This document shows positions 49,046-59,800 of a stretch of DNA of 64,000 nt, piece after piece. The notes under the pieces are model-generated. The model saw only the letters and a program-made list of their open reading frames with translations. It was not told the origin of the DNA and did not search any database. How positions within the stretch are numbered: the stretch's first letter is position 1; each line of letters starts with the position of its first letter. Both the position numbers and the translations under genes were made by a program. Origin of the DNA: an uncultured Gammaproteobacteria bacterium (GTDB taxonomy: Bacteria > Patescibacteriota > Microgenomatia > Daviesbacterales > UBA10151); the NCBI GenBank assembly GCA_964649615.1, contig CAZYPW010000002.1, forward strand, positions 66,969-130,968. Reading direction: 5' to 3'.

Positions 49046-50584
49046 TTATTCTTCCTTTCTTATATAGACTCTATATCCTCCAGCTTTAAAAGACTGTAAC
49101 GTTGATAAATCTTCATTCAAAGGTATTCTATCTTCTGAAAGAATAACTGTATACTCTACCTTTATTTTACTTATTTCACTGGGATATAACCATCCTAGGC
49201 TACTATCTGTATAGCTTTGAGCAGGTGTTCTTCCATATACCTTAAATAAATATCTCCAACCTTCATAGTTATGGCATATTCCCCTTCCTTCAATAGCAAA
49301 GCTATCACCTACCACACTCATTACTTTACTAATTAACTGCCTTTTAGGGCCTAAACTAAATTCATCAGAGGTTCTTAAAACAGTATTAATGCCTAAAAAA
49401 GAAATAATAAATATTAGAATTAGTGAAAACAGCTGCTGTCTTTTTTTAAGCCCACTAATTAATATTCCAGGTACAAATATAAATAACACCATAATAGAAA
49501 GAGTGTAGTATTCTGAAGAAGCCCCGGGATAAATTACAAATGAAAGAAGCGCCACTAATAGAAAAAGGGCCAATAATTTATACTCTTTATTTTTACTGCT
49601 TTTGCTTACCCAAAAGAAATAAATAAGTAAAAATAAAGTTAGTATAGATAAGAGGGATGGGGCATCTGTTCTACTAGAGTGAAGATCCATATTTTTAAAT
49701 TCTGATTTAATTGTTAGAGGGTTGCAGCTAAAATTTATTTCATCTGCATTTGGGTTTCCAGCTCTCAAGTACCAGAATCTTCCCAGGCTATCAAAAAGGG
49801 ATTTAAACTTCGTCTCTGGATCAAATGCAATCTTCGATTGGCTAAAACTACTTTTAATCCGGGCAAAAGCAGTTAAATTACTAAAATCATGGTTAAGATC
49901 AAAAACAATAAGCGGCCAATAAAAAAATAAAAATACTAAAACACAACTCAAAAATAATTTTAAATTCTTAAAATATTTATCTTTTAAAAAGAAAAATAAT
50001 CCTATTAGGAAAAGGGGGGCGGGTATTAGATGAGTCTCTAAAACCACTCCAAAAAGTGCTGCATATAAAATCCAAAACCAAGCATTTTTTTTAATTAAAA
50101 CAATTGTCAATAGTAAAAGAACTGTTATTAGATTGGAAAACATAGTATTCCAATATTTTTGATCATAAAAAACAAATAAGGGTAAGGTGGCATATAATAA
50201 TGAGGCTACAGCTCCTGTGGTTAGATTAAATATTTTCCAGCCTACAAAAAATATAACAGTTGTAGTAATCACACCCAAAAATGCAGCAAAGTAGGCAGTA
50301 ATCATTGGGTCACCTGAAGATAACCAAAGAAGGAATGCGCTAAAGTAGGTAAAATAAGGTCCTAGATAAAATTCTAAAAAAGAGGCGCTTACACCAATCC
50401 AGATAGGATGAGGGTCTAAAACTTGGGTCCAGGCATAAGTTGCTTGATACTCTTCATCAAAATTAAATACATAAATATTATTTAAATTATAAAACCGTAA
50501 GAAAGCCGAAAGCCCAACAATTACACTTATTAAAATATAAATTTTAAATTTTTTAAGTAATGTAAAAATACTCATTTTAATCAA
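49046..50584 (-). CDS. GT-C fold membrane glycosyltransferase, paralog B (512 aa)
   Basis: FNFDEEYQATYAWTQVLDPHPIWIG…, which is nearly the same as in paralog A. A shared 38-nt identical stretch lies at 49263-49300 and 45252-45289. Confidence 0.55.
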   Translation of the reverse strand: MIKMSIFTLLKKFKIYILISVIVGLSAFLRFYNLNNIYVFNFDEEYQATYAWTQVLDPHPIWIGVSASFLEFYLGPYFTYFSAFLLWLSSGDPMITAYFAAFLGVITTTVIFFVGWKIFNLTTGAVASLLYATLPLFVFYDQKYWNTMFSNLITVLLLLTIVLIKKNAWFWILYAALFGVVLETHLIPAPLFLIGLFFFLKDKYFKNLKLFLSCVLVFLFFYWPLIVFDLNHDFSNLTAFARIKSSFSQSKIAFDPETKFKSLFDSLGRFWYLRAGNPNADEINFSCNPLTIKSEFKNMDLHSSRTDAPSLLSILTLFLLIYFFWVSKSSKNKEYKLLALFLLVALLSFVIYPGASSEYYTLSIMVLFIFVPGILISGLKKRQQLFSLILIFIISFLGINTVLRTSDEFSLGPKRQLISKVMSVVGDSFAIEGRGICHNYEGWRYLFKVYGRTPAQSYTDSSLGWLYPSEISKIKVEYTVILSEDRIPLNEDLSTLQSFKAGGYRVYIRKEE

Positions 50585-51281
50585 AAAATCTATATCTAAA
50601 AATTGTCCAAACAGCTTTTAGTCCATCAAAAAAATTAATCTTCTTGCCCTCCTCGTAAGTTCTTGGTATAACCTTTATAGGAATCTCCAATATTTTGGCT
50701 CCTTTTTTTAAAAACTTGGCAGTTATTTCAGGCTCAAACTCAAACCCCCTGCTTTTTAGTTTAATTCCGTCAAGGCAGCTTTTTCTAAAAACTTTATAAC
50801 ATGTTTCCATATCAGTCAGGTTGGAATTAAAAAGCAAATTGGTAAGATTTGTTAAAATCTTATTAGCAATCAAATGGGAAGGCAAAATAGTTTTATTCTT
50901 ACCCCAAAACCTAAGAGGATAATCTATGAGCCTGCTTCCATATACTACTTTTGTACGGTTTTGCAGAATTGGTTTAAGTAAAATAGGGTAGTAACTGGGA
51001 TCATATTCTAAATCAGCATCTTGAATAAGGATGATATCCCCCGCTGCAATTTTTAATCCATCTCTTATAGCTGTGCCTTTTCCTAAATTATTTTCATGAA
51101 AAATTTTTTTTATACCCCTCTCATCTCTTATTTCTTTAGAAGTGGCGTCTGTTGAGCCATCATCAACAACAATAATTTCTTTTTTAATCAGGCCTGGTAA
51201 TTTAACAGCATAAACTCTTCTTAAAATTTCATTGATAGTTTTCTCCTCATTAAAGACTGGAATAATTATCGATAAAATCAT
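50577..51281 (-). CDS. GT2 polyprenyl-phosphate glycosyltransferase (DPM1/GtrB/CsbB-like)
   Basis: ILSIIIPVFNEE, VVDDGSTDAT and LIQDADLEY. Confidence 0.75.
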   Translation of the reverse strand: MILSIIIPVFNEEKTINEILRRVYAVKLPGLIKKEIIVVDDGSTDATSKEIRDERGIKKIFHENNLGKGTAIRDGLKIAAGDIILIQDADLEYDPSYYPILLKPILQNRTKVVYGSRLIDYPLRFWGKNKTILPSHLIANKILTNLTNLLFNSNLTDMETCYKVFRKSCLDGIKLKSRGFEFEPEITAKFLKKGAKILEIPIKVIPRTYEEGKKINFFDGLKAVWTIFRYRFFD

Positions 51282-51973
51282 TTGTTAATTTTTCTGGCAA
51301 TAACCAATATAGAAGTTCCCACTGGTGGCTCAAAAATATTTTCAAGCAATAAAAAAATGGGAGAGATTAGATTAAATATTTTAATTTTTCCTTCACTAAC
51401 TTGGGTTTCTTTAAAAAATTTACCTGCAATGAACCATCCGATACTTCCTAGAAAATTTAAGTTTCTAATTTTAACTATTTCAAAATTGCACTCTTTTAGT
51501 AATCTTTCCAATTGTCCCCTTTCGTAACGCCGATAATGACCAATAGATTGATCAATTAAGTTATAAAGAAATTGATGTGCAGGCACAAGTAAAATTAGAA
51601 TTCTATTAGTTGCTAATAATTTATGAATATTTTTAAGGGCTGCTTTATCATCCTTAATATGTTCTAAAACATTTATGCAAACTACAGTACTGAAATTTCT
51701 TTCCTTAAAAAAATACTTTCCACTTTCAACATCTCCAAACCCAATTTGGGCTTTACCTTGAACCCGTTTTTTAGCCTCTTTTATATAATCTTCATTTATA
51801 TCTATAGCTAATAAATGCCCATACTTTGCTAGAAAACTGGTAAAATTACCTATTCCGCAACCAATTTCCAAAATAGGAGGAGTTAAATAATTACTAAATT
51901 GCTTCTTGGTCCATCTGTTATACCAGGTGGCTTGGCTCATTGATTCTAAAGTTTTGCTGGATTGATCAATCAT
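51278..51973 (-). CDS. Class I SAM-dependent methyltransferase
   Basis: ILEIGCGIGNFTSFLAKYG, the glycine-rich motif I. Confidence 0.75.
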   Translation of the reverse strand: MIDQSSKTLESMSQATWYNRWTKKQFSNYLTPPILEIGCGIGNFTSFLAKYGHLLAIDINEDYIKEAKKRVQGKAQIGFGDVESGKYFFKERNFSTVVCINVLEHIKDDKAALKNIHKLLATNRILILLVPAHQFLYNLIDQSIGHYRRYERGQLERLLKECNFEIVKIRNLNFLGSIGWFIAGKFFKETQVSEGKIKIFNLISPIFLLLENIFEPPVGTSILVIARKINK

Positions 51974-52761
51974 AGAATTATTCTCTTTATTTTTCTCAAG
52001 GGGGTTAACATTTTAGCTGTGAGATATTTCAAACCAGAAATTTTTGTCCAGGGAGAGGCAATAAATTCAGGATTTTGATATAAAACTTCTGGAAATTTAA
52101 ATCCATCTTTCACTTGATTCCCTATTTCATACTTAAATTTATCATATTCTCTTTTTTTAGAAGATCTTTTTAAATGAGTTACATGCAAAAATGGAGCATC
52201 CAAAAAAATAATCTTTTCTCTTTCCTGAATTAATTTTCCTTTATTATCAAAAAAGCCCTCTTTTCCGTAAGGCCAATCTAAATGTAGGCCAGAAATACTC
52301 TTACTGAAGGCTTTTAAACTCAAATGCCCGGTTTTGCCTAAAATTTTATATCTGCCTGCTTTCTCATCCTGTAAATGATAAATATCGCCAACTGGAACCA
52401 CCATGGGTACAACTATGCCTTCAATTTTACTGCCAATTTTCTTAATTTCCTTTACCAGACTGTTAATAGAATCTTTCCACCAGATCTCATCTCCATCTAA
52501 AATTAGTATCCAGTCTGCCCTTGACTCTTCAAGCATCTTCTGGCGCATTTTAGTAAACTCAAGGGGGGTAACCTTTCCCACCTGTTTAAACTCAATCTTC
52601 TCTCCTTTAATCTTTTTTAACTCTTTTATAATATCTACAGTTCTGTCTTTAGATCCTGTATCATAAATCAATACTTTATCTACATAATCCACCACACTCA
52701 TGACTGCAAAATACAAAAAATTTTCTTCATTATTCACAATAGTATTAGCCCAAACTTTCAC
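51970..52761 (-). CDS. GT2-like glycosyltransferase
   Basis: LIYDTGSKDRT and ILILDGDE (DxD). Confidence 0.55.
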   Translation of the reverse strand: MKVWANTIVNNEENFLYFAVMSVVDYVDKVLIYDTGSKDRTVDIIKELKKIKGEKIEFKQVGKVTPLEFTKMRQKMLEESRADWILILDGDEIWWKDSINSLVKEIKKIGSKIEGIVVPMVVPVGDIYHLQDEKAGRYKILGKTGHLSLKAFSKSISGLHLDWPYGKEGFFDNKGKLIQEREKIIFLDAPFLHVTHLKRSSKKREYDKFKYEIGNQVKDGFKFPEVLYQNPEFIASPWTKISGLKYLTAKMLTPLRKIKRIIL

Positions 52762-54023
52762 TTTGATTTCCTTAATTTAAATATTAACCAAATTAGAGGA
52801 TAGAGAAAATTAAAAGTCGTACCAGCTAATACTGTTAAAGATGCACCAATAACTCCATAACTTTGTATCATCAGATAACCTAAACTTCCGATTAATAATA
52901 AATGCCCAATTGATACCCATATAAAAACATCTGGCCTGCCAAAATAAAAAATAACACTATGGTGCACTGGTAAAGAGATTAGGAAAACAAGCATTGCTAG
53001 GAATAAAAATATAAATGGCATAATTACCTCCTGGTAGTTTGAACCTAAAAGTATTGGAATAAGATATATTAAGATAGGAATTGTTAAAATGCCCAATAAA
53101 CATAGGCTCAAAACAAACAGTTGGAATTTTTTAAAATAAACTAACATATCTTTACTGCTTTGAAATGAGGCAAATTTTGGTGCTGCCACTAGCCCCAAAG
53201 CAGAAACCAGTTGCGGCATAACTTGAACCAGTTGAGTCGCAGCTCCATAAATTCCTACCTCCCTGCTAGAAAGTAGCGCCGCGTTTAAATAAATATCTAA
53301 TCGGGCGGAAAATGCAGCTATAGCGGTGAAGACAGCAACAGGAATATTATACTTAAATAATTCTTTAGACAAACTAAATTCATCCTTGCTTGCTAAAATT
53401 TTCCTGGAGGGAAGGATAAAAAGAGTTACAAAAAAACCAAAAAATGGCATTAATATATATACTAATAGGCTGTTTTCAACATTAAGCATAAGAAAATACG
53501 CTAGTATAAGTATCAAGATTAATCTTAAAGAGTTAGTAAAAATATTCATCGCACTCCAAAGGAAATATTTCTGGTATGCCTGTAAAGAGGAAGTTGCAAA
53601 GCTAAAAAGTAAAGCTCCTCCTATACCAAAGCAGATTAATCTTAACGGTAAAATTAACTCCGCCTTATGAAAAACTTCAGTTGCTAAAAATGGAGCTAAA
53701 AAGAAAATAATCAAAGAGGATACAAACCAAGCCATCAATTTTATTTCCAGGCTTAGTTTTAAAAATTGGTATGCTTTTATGCTATTTACTGCCAAATTTG
53801 AAGATACAAAACGAATTAATCCGGTATTTGTCCCTAAATCTACTATATCTGCAATTAAAACTAGAGTTGTCAGGGCAATTGTGAGTAATCCAAAATCAGA
53901 GGGACCTAGCAGTCTTGCTAAGATTACATAGAATAAGGCTCCTAAAACCCCATTAATAAGCGTACCAAAAACTGTAATTTGAGATTGTTTAAAAGTGGCT
54001 GTTCTAATAATAGATCTGAGCAT
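52758..54023 (-). CDS. wzx: Wzx-type polysaccharide flippase (MOP superfamily)
   Basis: About 12 TM segments, with the N-terminus FGTLINGVLGALFYVILARLLGPSDFGLL typical of the Polysacc_synt family. Confidence 0.65.
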   Translation of the reverse strand: MLRSIIRTATFKQSQITVFGTLINGVLGALFYVILARLLGPSDFGLLTIALTTLVLIADIVDLGTNTGLIRFVSSNLAVNSIKAYQFLKLSLEIKLMAWFVSSLIIFFLAPFLATEVFHKAELILPLRLICFGIGGALLFSFATSSLQAYQKYFLWSAMNIFTNSLRLILILILAYFLMLNVENSLLVYILMPFFGFFVTLFILPSRKILASKDEFSLSKELFKYNIPVAVFTAIAAFSARLDIYLNAALLSSREVGIYGAATQLVQVMPQLVSALGLVAAPKFASFQSSKDMLVYFKKFQLFVLSLCLLGILTIPILIYLIPILLGSNYQEVIMPFIFLFLAMLVFLISLPVHHSVIFYFGRPDVFIWVSIGHLLLIGSLGYLMIQSYGVIGASLTVLAGTTFNFLYPLIWLIFKLRKSK

Positions 54024-54030
54024 ATAGCCA

Positions 54031-56715
54031 TTATATAGTTAAATTTTTAGATTTGCTGTATCTTATTAAAAGTAATATTAATATAAGAACTGTCAGGGAA
54101 GAAATTATCAATCCAAAGTTAACATATTTCTGGGCCTCAAATTCCACAATATATTGTCCATCTTTATCAATTTTATATCCATTCAATAAACTATATACTG
54201 GCAGGGAAGGCTGACCATTCATCTTCCATAGAGAATCATAGTTTTGAGAAAAAACCAAAAATGATTCTCCTGCTAAACCCTCAATAGTTACTATATATTT
54301 AGTAGGATCTATCTTCTGATAAGTTATCTTTGGATTATTTGTATTATTAATATTTACATTAGCAAAATCCAAAACTCTATCCTGTAAGCTCTTTGCTTTA
54401 TCCTGATAATTGAGCCATTCGTTTTTATCTATAGTTACTAATGCATTGACTACATTAATTGGTCCTGTAGAACTTATTTGTAAATCTTCTCCATCTTTTG
54501 GCAACTCCCCAACTTCAAACCATCTAATATTAGTCTTAGCTTCTACCTTAGTTGTTATTTCCCCAATCAATTGATCATCCTGATAAAATTTTAAATCTCC
54601 ACTTCTTGAACTCTCCATTACTCTTACCAAAAGTATGTCATCTTTTTTCACTTTTAACTTTTCATTTTTCACTTTTAACTTTAAATTTCCCTCTCCAACT
54701 GCCCAGCCACCGCCTAAATCAAAATCTTGATTATCAATCTGGTATTTGTTAACTAAAAAATCCCTCCATCTACCTAAATCAGCTGACTCCCTTTTCCACC
54801 AGCCGCTTTGATTAGGTTCAAAATCCAGTTGGTTAGCAGGAAAAATTAAATCAGAAACTTTTATAAAACTGGCTGCCAAATCCACTTCAGTTTTATTATT
54901 TAAAATAATTTTGGCAGTGGGTAATTCATCAATTCTTTTTCCTAGCCCTGGGGATTCTTCTGCAAAAATTAGGGCATTTTTTGATAATTGTAAATTTGCA
55001 CTTTTAGTTGCTTCCTTATAAATACTGTCAGATCCAATTACCCACCATATATTAGAGGGAGCAAAAAATCTATCTTGATGTTTAGTAGTTTTTAGAACAG
55101 GTATTTTCAGAGAATCTACTTTTGAAAGCCAGGGTAATTTGGAGAGCTGATCCAAAAAAAGATAATAATATCTAATATTATCTGGGTGCAAATTATCACG
55201 TCTTTGGTTCAGATATGGATAAACTATATATCCTATTCCTGCTACATCAAAAATTTCCCCCATATATGGAGCTTCTCTTAAGTAGTTAAGGGTTTCATAA
55301 CTTCCTGTTATTCCTACTGCAAATGGTCTCTTTTGAGCATATCTTGATGCTTCGAGTAATGGATGGTTATTACTTACATGTCCAAGAGGCGCCTTAGTGG
55401 GAATCCAAAAAACTCTTGAGTAATTATGGTCATTTTTAAGATATTCACTTAACTCCAAATATTCAAGAATAAATAATGGCTGGGAAAGTAATCCAGTCAT
55501 TTGACCTAAAAAAGCAGGCCTTATTAACCATACAAAATATATCAAAATTAAATATGGGATTATCTTAAAAATATAGCTTTTAAATTTACTTTTTCTTAAA
55601 CTAATTTCCTGAATAGTTATAGCTATCAGAACACTGTAAGCTAAACATATATAAAAGTAGAACTTTGTGGGATCCCTAAAAAGGGAGAATCCAGGGATAT
55701 GCGTAAATAACCAAGAATAAATTTGCCCAAAAGGATTCTGTGATCCCTTAGATAAAAAGACACCTAAAACTGCAACAATCAACCAAAAACCAACAACTTT
55801 ATCTTTCCTCCGCAAAATTGGCGCAAGAAAAACTAAGATTGGAATAAAAATAAAATCCCATCCTAGATTAGATATTTGTCCAAAAATGTTTTTATACCAA
55901 TGGGGTTGTTGTAGCAATAGTGCATGGCCAACTGAAGAAAAACTTAAGAAATCAACCTGAGAAATTCTTTCATAAGTTTGTGGCAATTGGGGAGTCTTTA
56001 TTAAAATTGAAGGCAATATCCAATATGCATGAAATGAAATTAGTACAACTGCAAGAAACATCATACCTAAAAAAGATTGTTTAATTAACTCTAATCTTTT
56101 ACCTATTTTTCTAAAAATTTCAAAAATGAAGCTTAAAAATAATATGGGTATTAAAAGATAAATAAATCTAATATCTAAAATTGATATTAGTAGAATTGAA
56201 GAAGTAAAATATAATTTATATCTGAAACTGTAAACATCCATCATTTTCAAAAAGAGATAAAAAACTAACGGTGAAATGGCATAAACTAAAGCTAAAGAAA
56301 TCTGTCCTCCATCAAAAAGTAAAATAAAATAGCTATTTGCTAGATAAAAAAAGATTCCTAAATATTTTCCAAAACCTTTAATATTAAAGAACCCAAGCAG
56401 TTTTGATGAAGAAAAAAATCCTATTAAAAATACCAGTCCACCCATTAATTTTGTTTGCATGGATGGTGGAATTGATAAAGCTGAAAGAATACTAAATAAA
56501 GAGTGAAGTGGTTGAGCCCAAAGAGTTATGCCAGTGTACTCACCTAAACCATCAGCTACATTTGTTTCTCTAAAGATCCAGGGAATTATCTGTTCTGATA
56601 CAGGAACATCATGCGGTAGGTGATAATCATTAGCTACTCTTACACCCGGTATCCAAAATATCCAAAAGGTAGAAATAAATAGCAGTAAAATTAAAATTGT
56701 AAATTTTTTGTCCAT
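54031..56715 (-). CDS. Giant membrane protein, paralog C (894 aa). It has a polytopic N-terminal domain, a large extracytoplasmic domain and a C-terminal TM anchor. Putative YfhO/GT-C-like glycosyltransferase.
   Basis: Its architecture and its conserved C-terminal module (…NGYKIDKDGQYIVEFEAQKYV…+TM) are shared with the ORFs at 56888..60325 and 60679..64000. Confidence 0.45.
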   Translation of the reverse strand: MDKKFTILILLLFISTFWIFWIPGVRVANDYHLPHDVPVSEQIIPWIFRETNVADGLGEYTGITLWAQPLHSLFSILSALSIPPSMQTKLMGGLVFLIGFFSSSKLLGFFNIKGFGKYLGIFFYLANSYFILLFDGGQISLALVYAISPLVFYLFLKMMDVYSFRYKLYFTSSILLISILDIRFIYLLIPILFLSFIFEIFRKIGKRLELIKQSFLGMMFLAVVLISFHAYWILPSILIKTPQLPQTYERISQVDFLSFSSVGHALLLQQPHWYKNIFGQISNLGWDFIFIPILVFLAPILRRKDKVVGFWLIVAVLGVFLSKGSQNPFGQIYSWLFTHIPGFSLFRDPTKFYFYICLAYSVLIAITIQEISLRKSKFKSYIFKIIPYLILIYFVWLIRPAFLGQMTGLLSQPLFILEYLELSEYLKNDHNYSRVFWIPTKAPLGHVSNNHPLLEASRYAQKRPFAVGITGSYETLNYLREAPYMGEIFDVAGIGYIVYPYLNQRRDNLHPDNIRYYYLFLDQLSKLPWLSKVDSLKIPVLKTTKHQDRFFAPSNIWWVIGSDSIYKEATKSANLQLSKNALIFAEESPGLGKRIDELPTAKIILNNKTEVDLAASFIKVSDLIFPANQLDFEPNQSGWWKRESADLGRWRDFLVNKYQIDNQDFDLGGGWAVGEGNLKLKVKNEKLKVKKDDILLVRVMESSRSGDLKFYQDDQLIGEITTKVEAKTNIRWFEVGELPKDGEDLQISSTGPINVVNALVTIDKNEWLNYQDKAKSLQDRVLDFANVNINNTNNPKITYQKIDPTKYIVTIEGLAGESFLVFSQNYDSLWKMNGQPSLPVYSLLNGYKIDKDGQYIVEFEAQKYVNFGLIISSLTVLILILLLIRYSKSKNLTI

Positions 56716-56717
56716 AT

Positions 56718-56888
56718 CTATTTACTCAATCTTAAAATATAGAAAACTGTTCCTAGAATAATTAAAATGAAAATATATTCAGAAAAAATTAGTGCAAAAC
56801 CAAAATGATTGGTAATTAGTATTAATCCTAAAAGTAACAATTCCAAAACTGAAAGGATAAATATATTTTGTATTAACTGATTATTCAT
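56718..56888 (-). CDS. Unannotated 56-aa two-TM peptide (MNNQLIQNIFILSVLELLLLGLILITNHFGFALIFSEYIFILIILGTVFYILRLSK)
   Basis: A hand translation. Its ATG overlaps the TGA of the upstream giant gene (TGATG), and its stop lies 2 nt before the start of the next giant gene. It is absent from the ORF track because it falls below the apparent ~60-aa reporting cutoff. Confidence 0.4.
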   Translation of the reverse strand: MNNQLIQNIFILSVLELLLLGLILITNHFGFALIFSEYIFILIILGTVFYILRLSK

Positions 56889-59800
56889 CAATGCTTTCTG
56901 GATTTGAAATCTTTTATAAATATAACTATCAATAAAATTATAAAACTAATTCCGGCAATGATGAAACCTTTATATACACTTTTTTGCGGCTCAAATTCAA
57001 GATCAAATGTATAGTCTCCTGCTTTATCAACAAACCAGGCATTTCCATAAAGATTTGCCAAGATGTGCTTATCCGGAGTAACTACTGTCCCGTCTGATGA
57101 TTTTAGTTTAAGTTTCCATCCCGGATGATAAGTCTCATTAAAAAGAAAAAAAGCAGGTTTAATTAACTTGAAATTACCTTTGTATGAGCTGGAAGTTTGT
57201 TTACTGAAATCTGGTAATGTTTCATCTGATCTAGAATTTATATTATTTTTATTTTCACTCATTAAGATAAGCGAATTATTTAAAAATCTTTCTATCTTCA
57301 GGTTTCTGATAGACATTGCCGAAATATCGGCCAGTGCAAATCTAATTGTTGCTTTCTGACTCATTGAATTTAAAGGTGGCAATGTAAAGTTAAAGCTTTG
57401 CCAATCATTTGAACTGTTCTGGGGAATAAATTGGTTTATGCGAAATTCTTTTCTTCCTGACAAATCTAAAGTATCTGTATCTTGCTCTAATTGAAGGTAA
57501 AAACCACTACCCTTAAGCATCTTAGTTTCAAAACTTATTTGATAAATATCACCTCCTGAAACATTCCCTAAATTTGCATCTAAGAATGTCTCCTTTTGTC
57601 CGCTGGTAGATAAATTAATAATAGATTCGTCCTGTTGTTTAACATCGCCAGATGCATTTAATGCATTTGGCAAAGATACCAGGTTTAAACCGGAAGGAAT
57701 AAAGTAGCTGATTTCGTACTCTCCCGGATTAAGTTCCACTTCTCCAAAAGCTATAAAATTAGCCTCTTTTTTACCTGCTAACAAAAACTGTTGATGATTA
57801 ATTTGAAAATTAAGCTCCGTCAGGTTGTCTGAATACTTATTTTGGATTTGAGAATTAGTCATCAAAATTTGATAATGCGCGCGCTCGGGTATCTTAAATT
57901 TAAAAATTTGTCTAAGCAGGCTTGATGACTTCAGATCACTAACAGAGTAGCGGGAGATCAGATCGTTGCTTACCAGACTTTCCCTTAAGCTGGTAGCTAT
58001 ATCATCTATTTCTTTAGTGCTTAAAAAAGTTTTAATTTGCTCAAGTATTGATAAGTGTTGTTTGAAAATAGATGAAATAGTAGATTCATTAATAAAAATA
58101 AATATTCGTGATGTATGAATATCTTTTCTAAATATTTCTGCTACTTTTTTCCCATAAGCTTTTATTAAATCTTTATTCATTTCTTTTTGATTGTTGTTAA
58201 ATGCATTAATAATTTCAATCATTGTTTGGTTCGCTGAAATAATTTTACCTACCATTTCTTCAGCCTGAATTTCTCCGTATTGGCTTAATATACTGCGGCT
58301 TTTTTCCAGTTGGCTTATGGGAGAATTTTCATTACCGGGATCTAAAGAGGCGCTGTTTGTAGACTCATCAGATAAAAGAAAAGTTCTTGGTAGAATTATT
58401 GTCTGGTTGCTGTTACTTAAAGTCGAATCATCTAAAAGATCACCAATTGGCGATATAAAATTATTTTCCTTACCTAATAACCAAGGCCATATAAAACTGC
58501 TCTTTCCCGGAAGGACAACTCCAATATTATCGGTAATAATTATTTTATGTTTATAATACTCATCTTTAACCCGATAAATCCTAAGGTCACCAAATTCAAC
58601 TCTTTTATCTAAAAAAGTCAGCTTATTAAGTATTCCTTCGGTTTCAGCCGGATCATATAAATTACCCCCTCTCCACTCAATATCCTTATGGAGAATTATA
58701 AATTTTATATTAAATGCTTGAAGTAATTCTAAAATTTTATTTGGGTTCCCTGTATATGGAGCATGGAAGATAAGGGATAGTGCTGACAAACTGGCAGAAA
58801 CCATCGGTAAGTCTAAACCTCTGGCAATAGAAGGCAGAGAGGTGAATATAGCTGCAGATGGCTCTACCCCATTGTAACCTTTTGGCCAATTATATTTAAC
58901 ATCCTCCGATCTAGGCAGCGGCAGATGAAGAATTCTTCCTTCCGACATACCCGCAGTTACTTTAATATCTTGTTTAATCCACTCATTAGCTTCAGTGTAG
59001 CTTTTGGGAACTTCCACAAATGCCGGCCTGTCTAAACTGCCAAATAGTTTTCCTGTAAACATAGGGTGGAAAAATGCTAAATGAAGACCAATAAAAACTA
59101 CCAATAATAGGTACGTTTTATACCTGCCAATATATTTACTAGAGGTAATGAATAAAAAATGTAGCCCAAGGGCAAACAAGATGGCAAAAACTAAAGGAAG
59201 TAGAATACCTAATTTCTCAAAAGGGTTTCTGATCACTCCCAACGGGAAAAAATGAGAGAAGCCGTAGATATAGGGAAAGTTAAAAGGAGCCGCTGCACCT
59301 TTTGCCAGAAAAACTACAATTAGAAAAAGCAGACTCCAAAAAGCATATGCTTTTTCTTTAAATCCTCTTAAAAAGCCGATAAATACTATCACTGCAAACA
59401 ACCAGGATACTGCAACAAGGAATATATTTTGATAAATGCTCCCCCAGTCAGCATGCCAATATAGGTAGAAAGGATTAATTAGACGGAGGGTAAAAGGGAG
59501 AACGGTTTGTATGCTTAAAGCAACCAGGTTAGTTAAACTATCATCTATGGTATGTTGGGTAGCAAATAAAGCAGGACTGATGCTGAAGGTGGGAATCAGC
59601 CACCAGCTATTGGTTAAAAGCCAGAACAGTAGTCCCATTAAAAAAGCAAAGAATATTTTAAGGGTAGTCTCCTTACCTTTCCAGGGCACTAATACTTCCA
59701 ATAAGGTTATTGAAAAAAGTAATGTCCAAACAGCTACAATAAAGGCTATCGTTCCATAAACATAAACTGCTAAAAAATTGGCTAGAAGAAAAAGCAGTAA

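Noticed and set aside
59511-59759. The 82-aa plus-strand ORF and its twin at 63485..63697
   Set aside because: They are identical because they fall inside the duplicated 528-bp tract, antisense to the giant genes. They are not independent genes.
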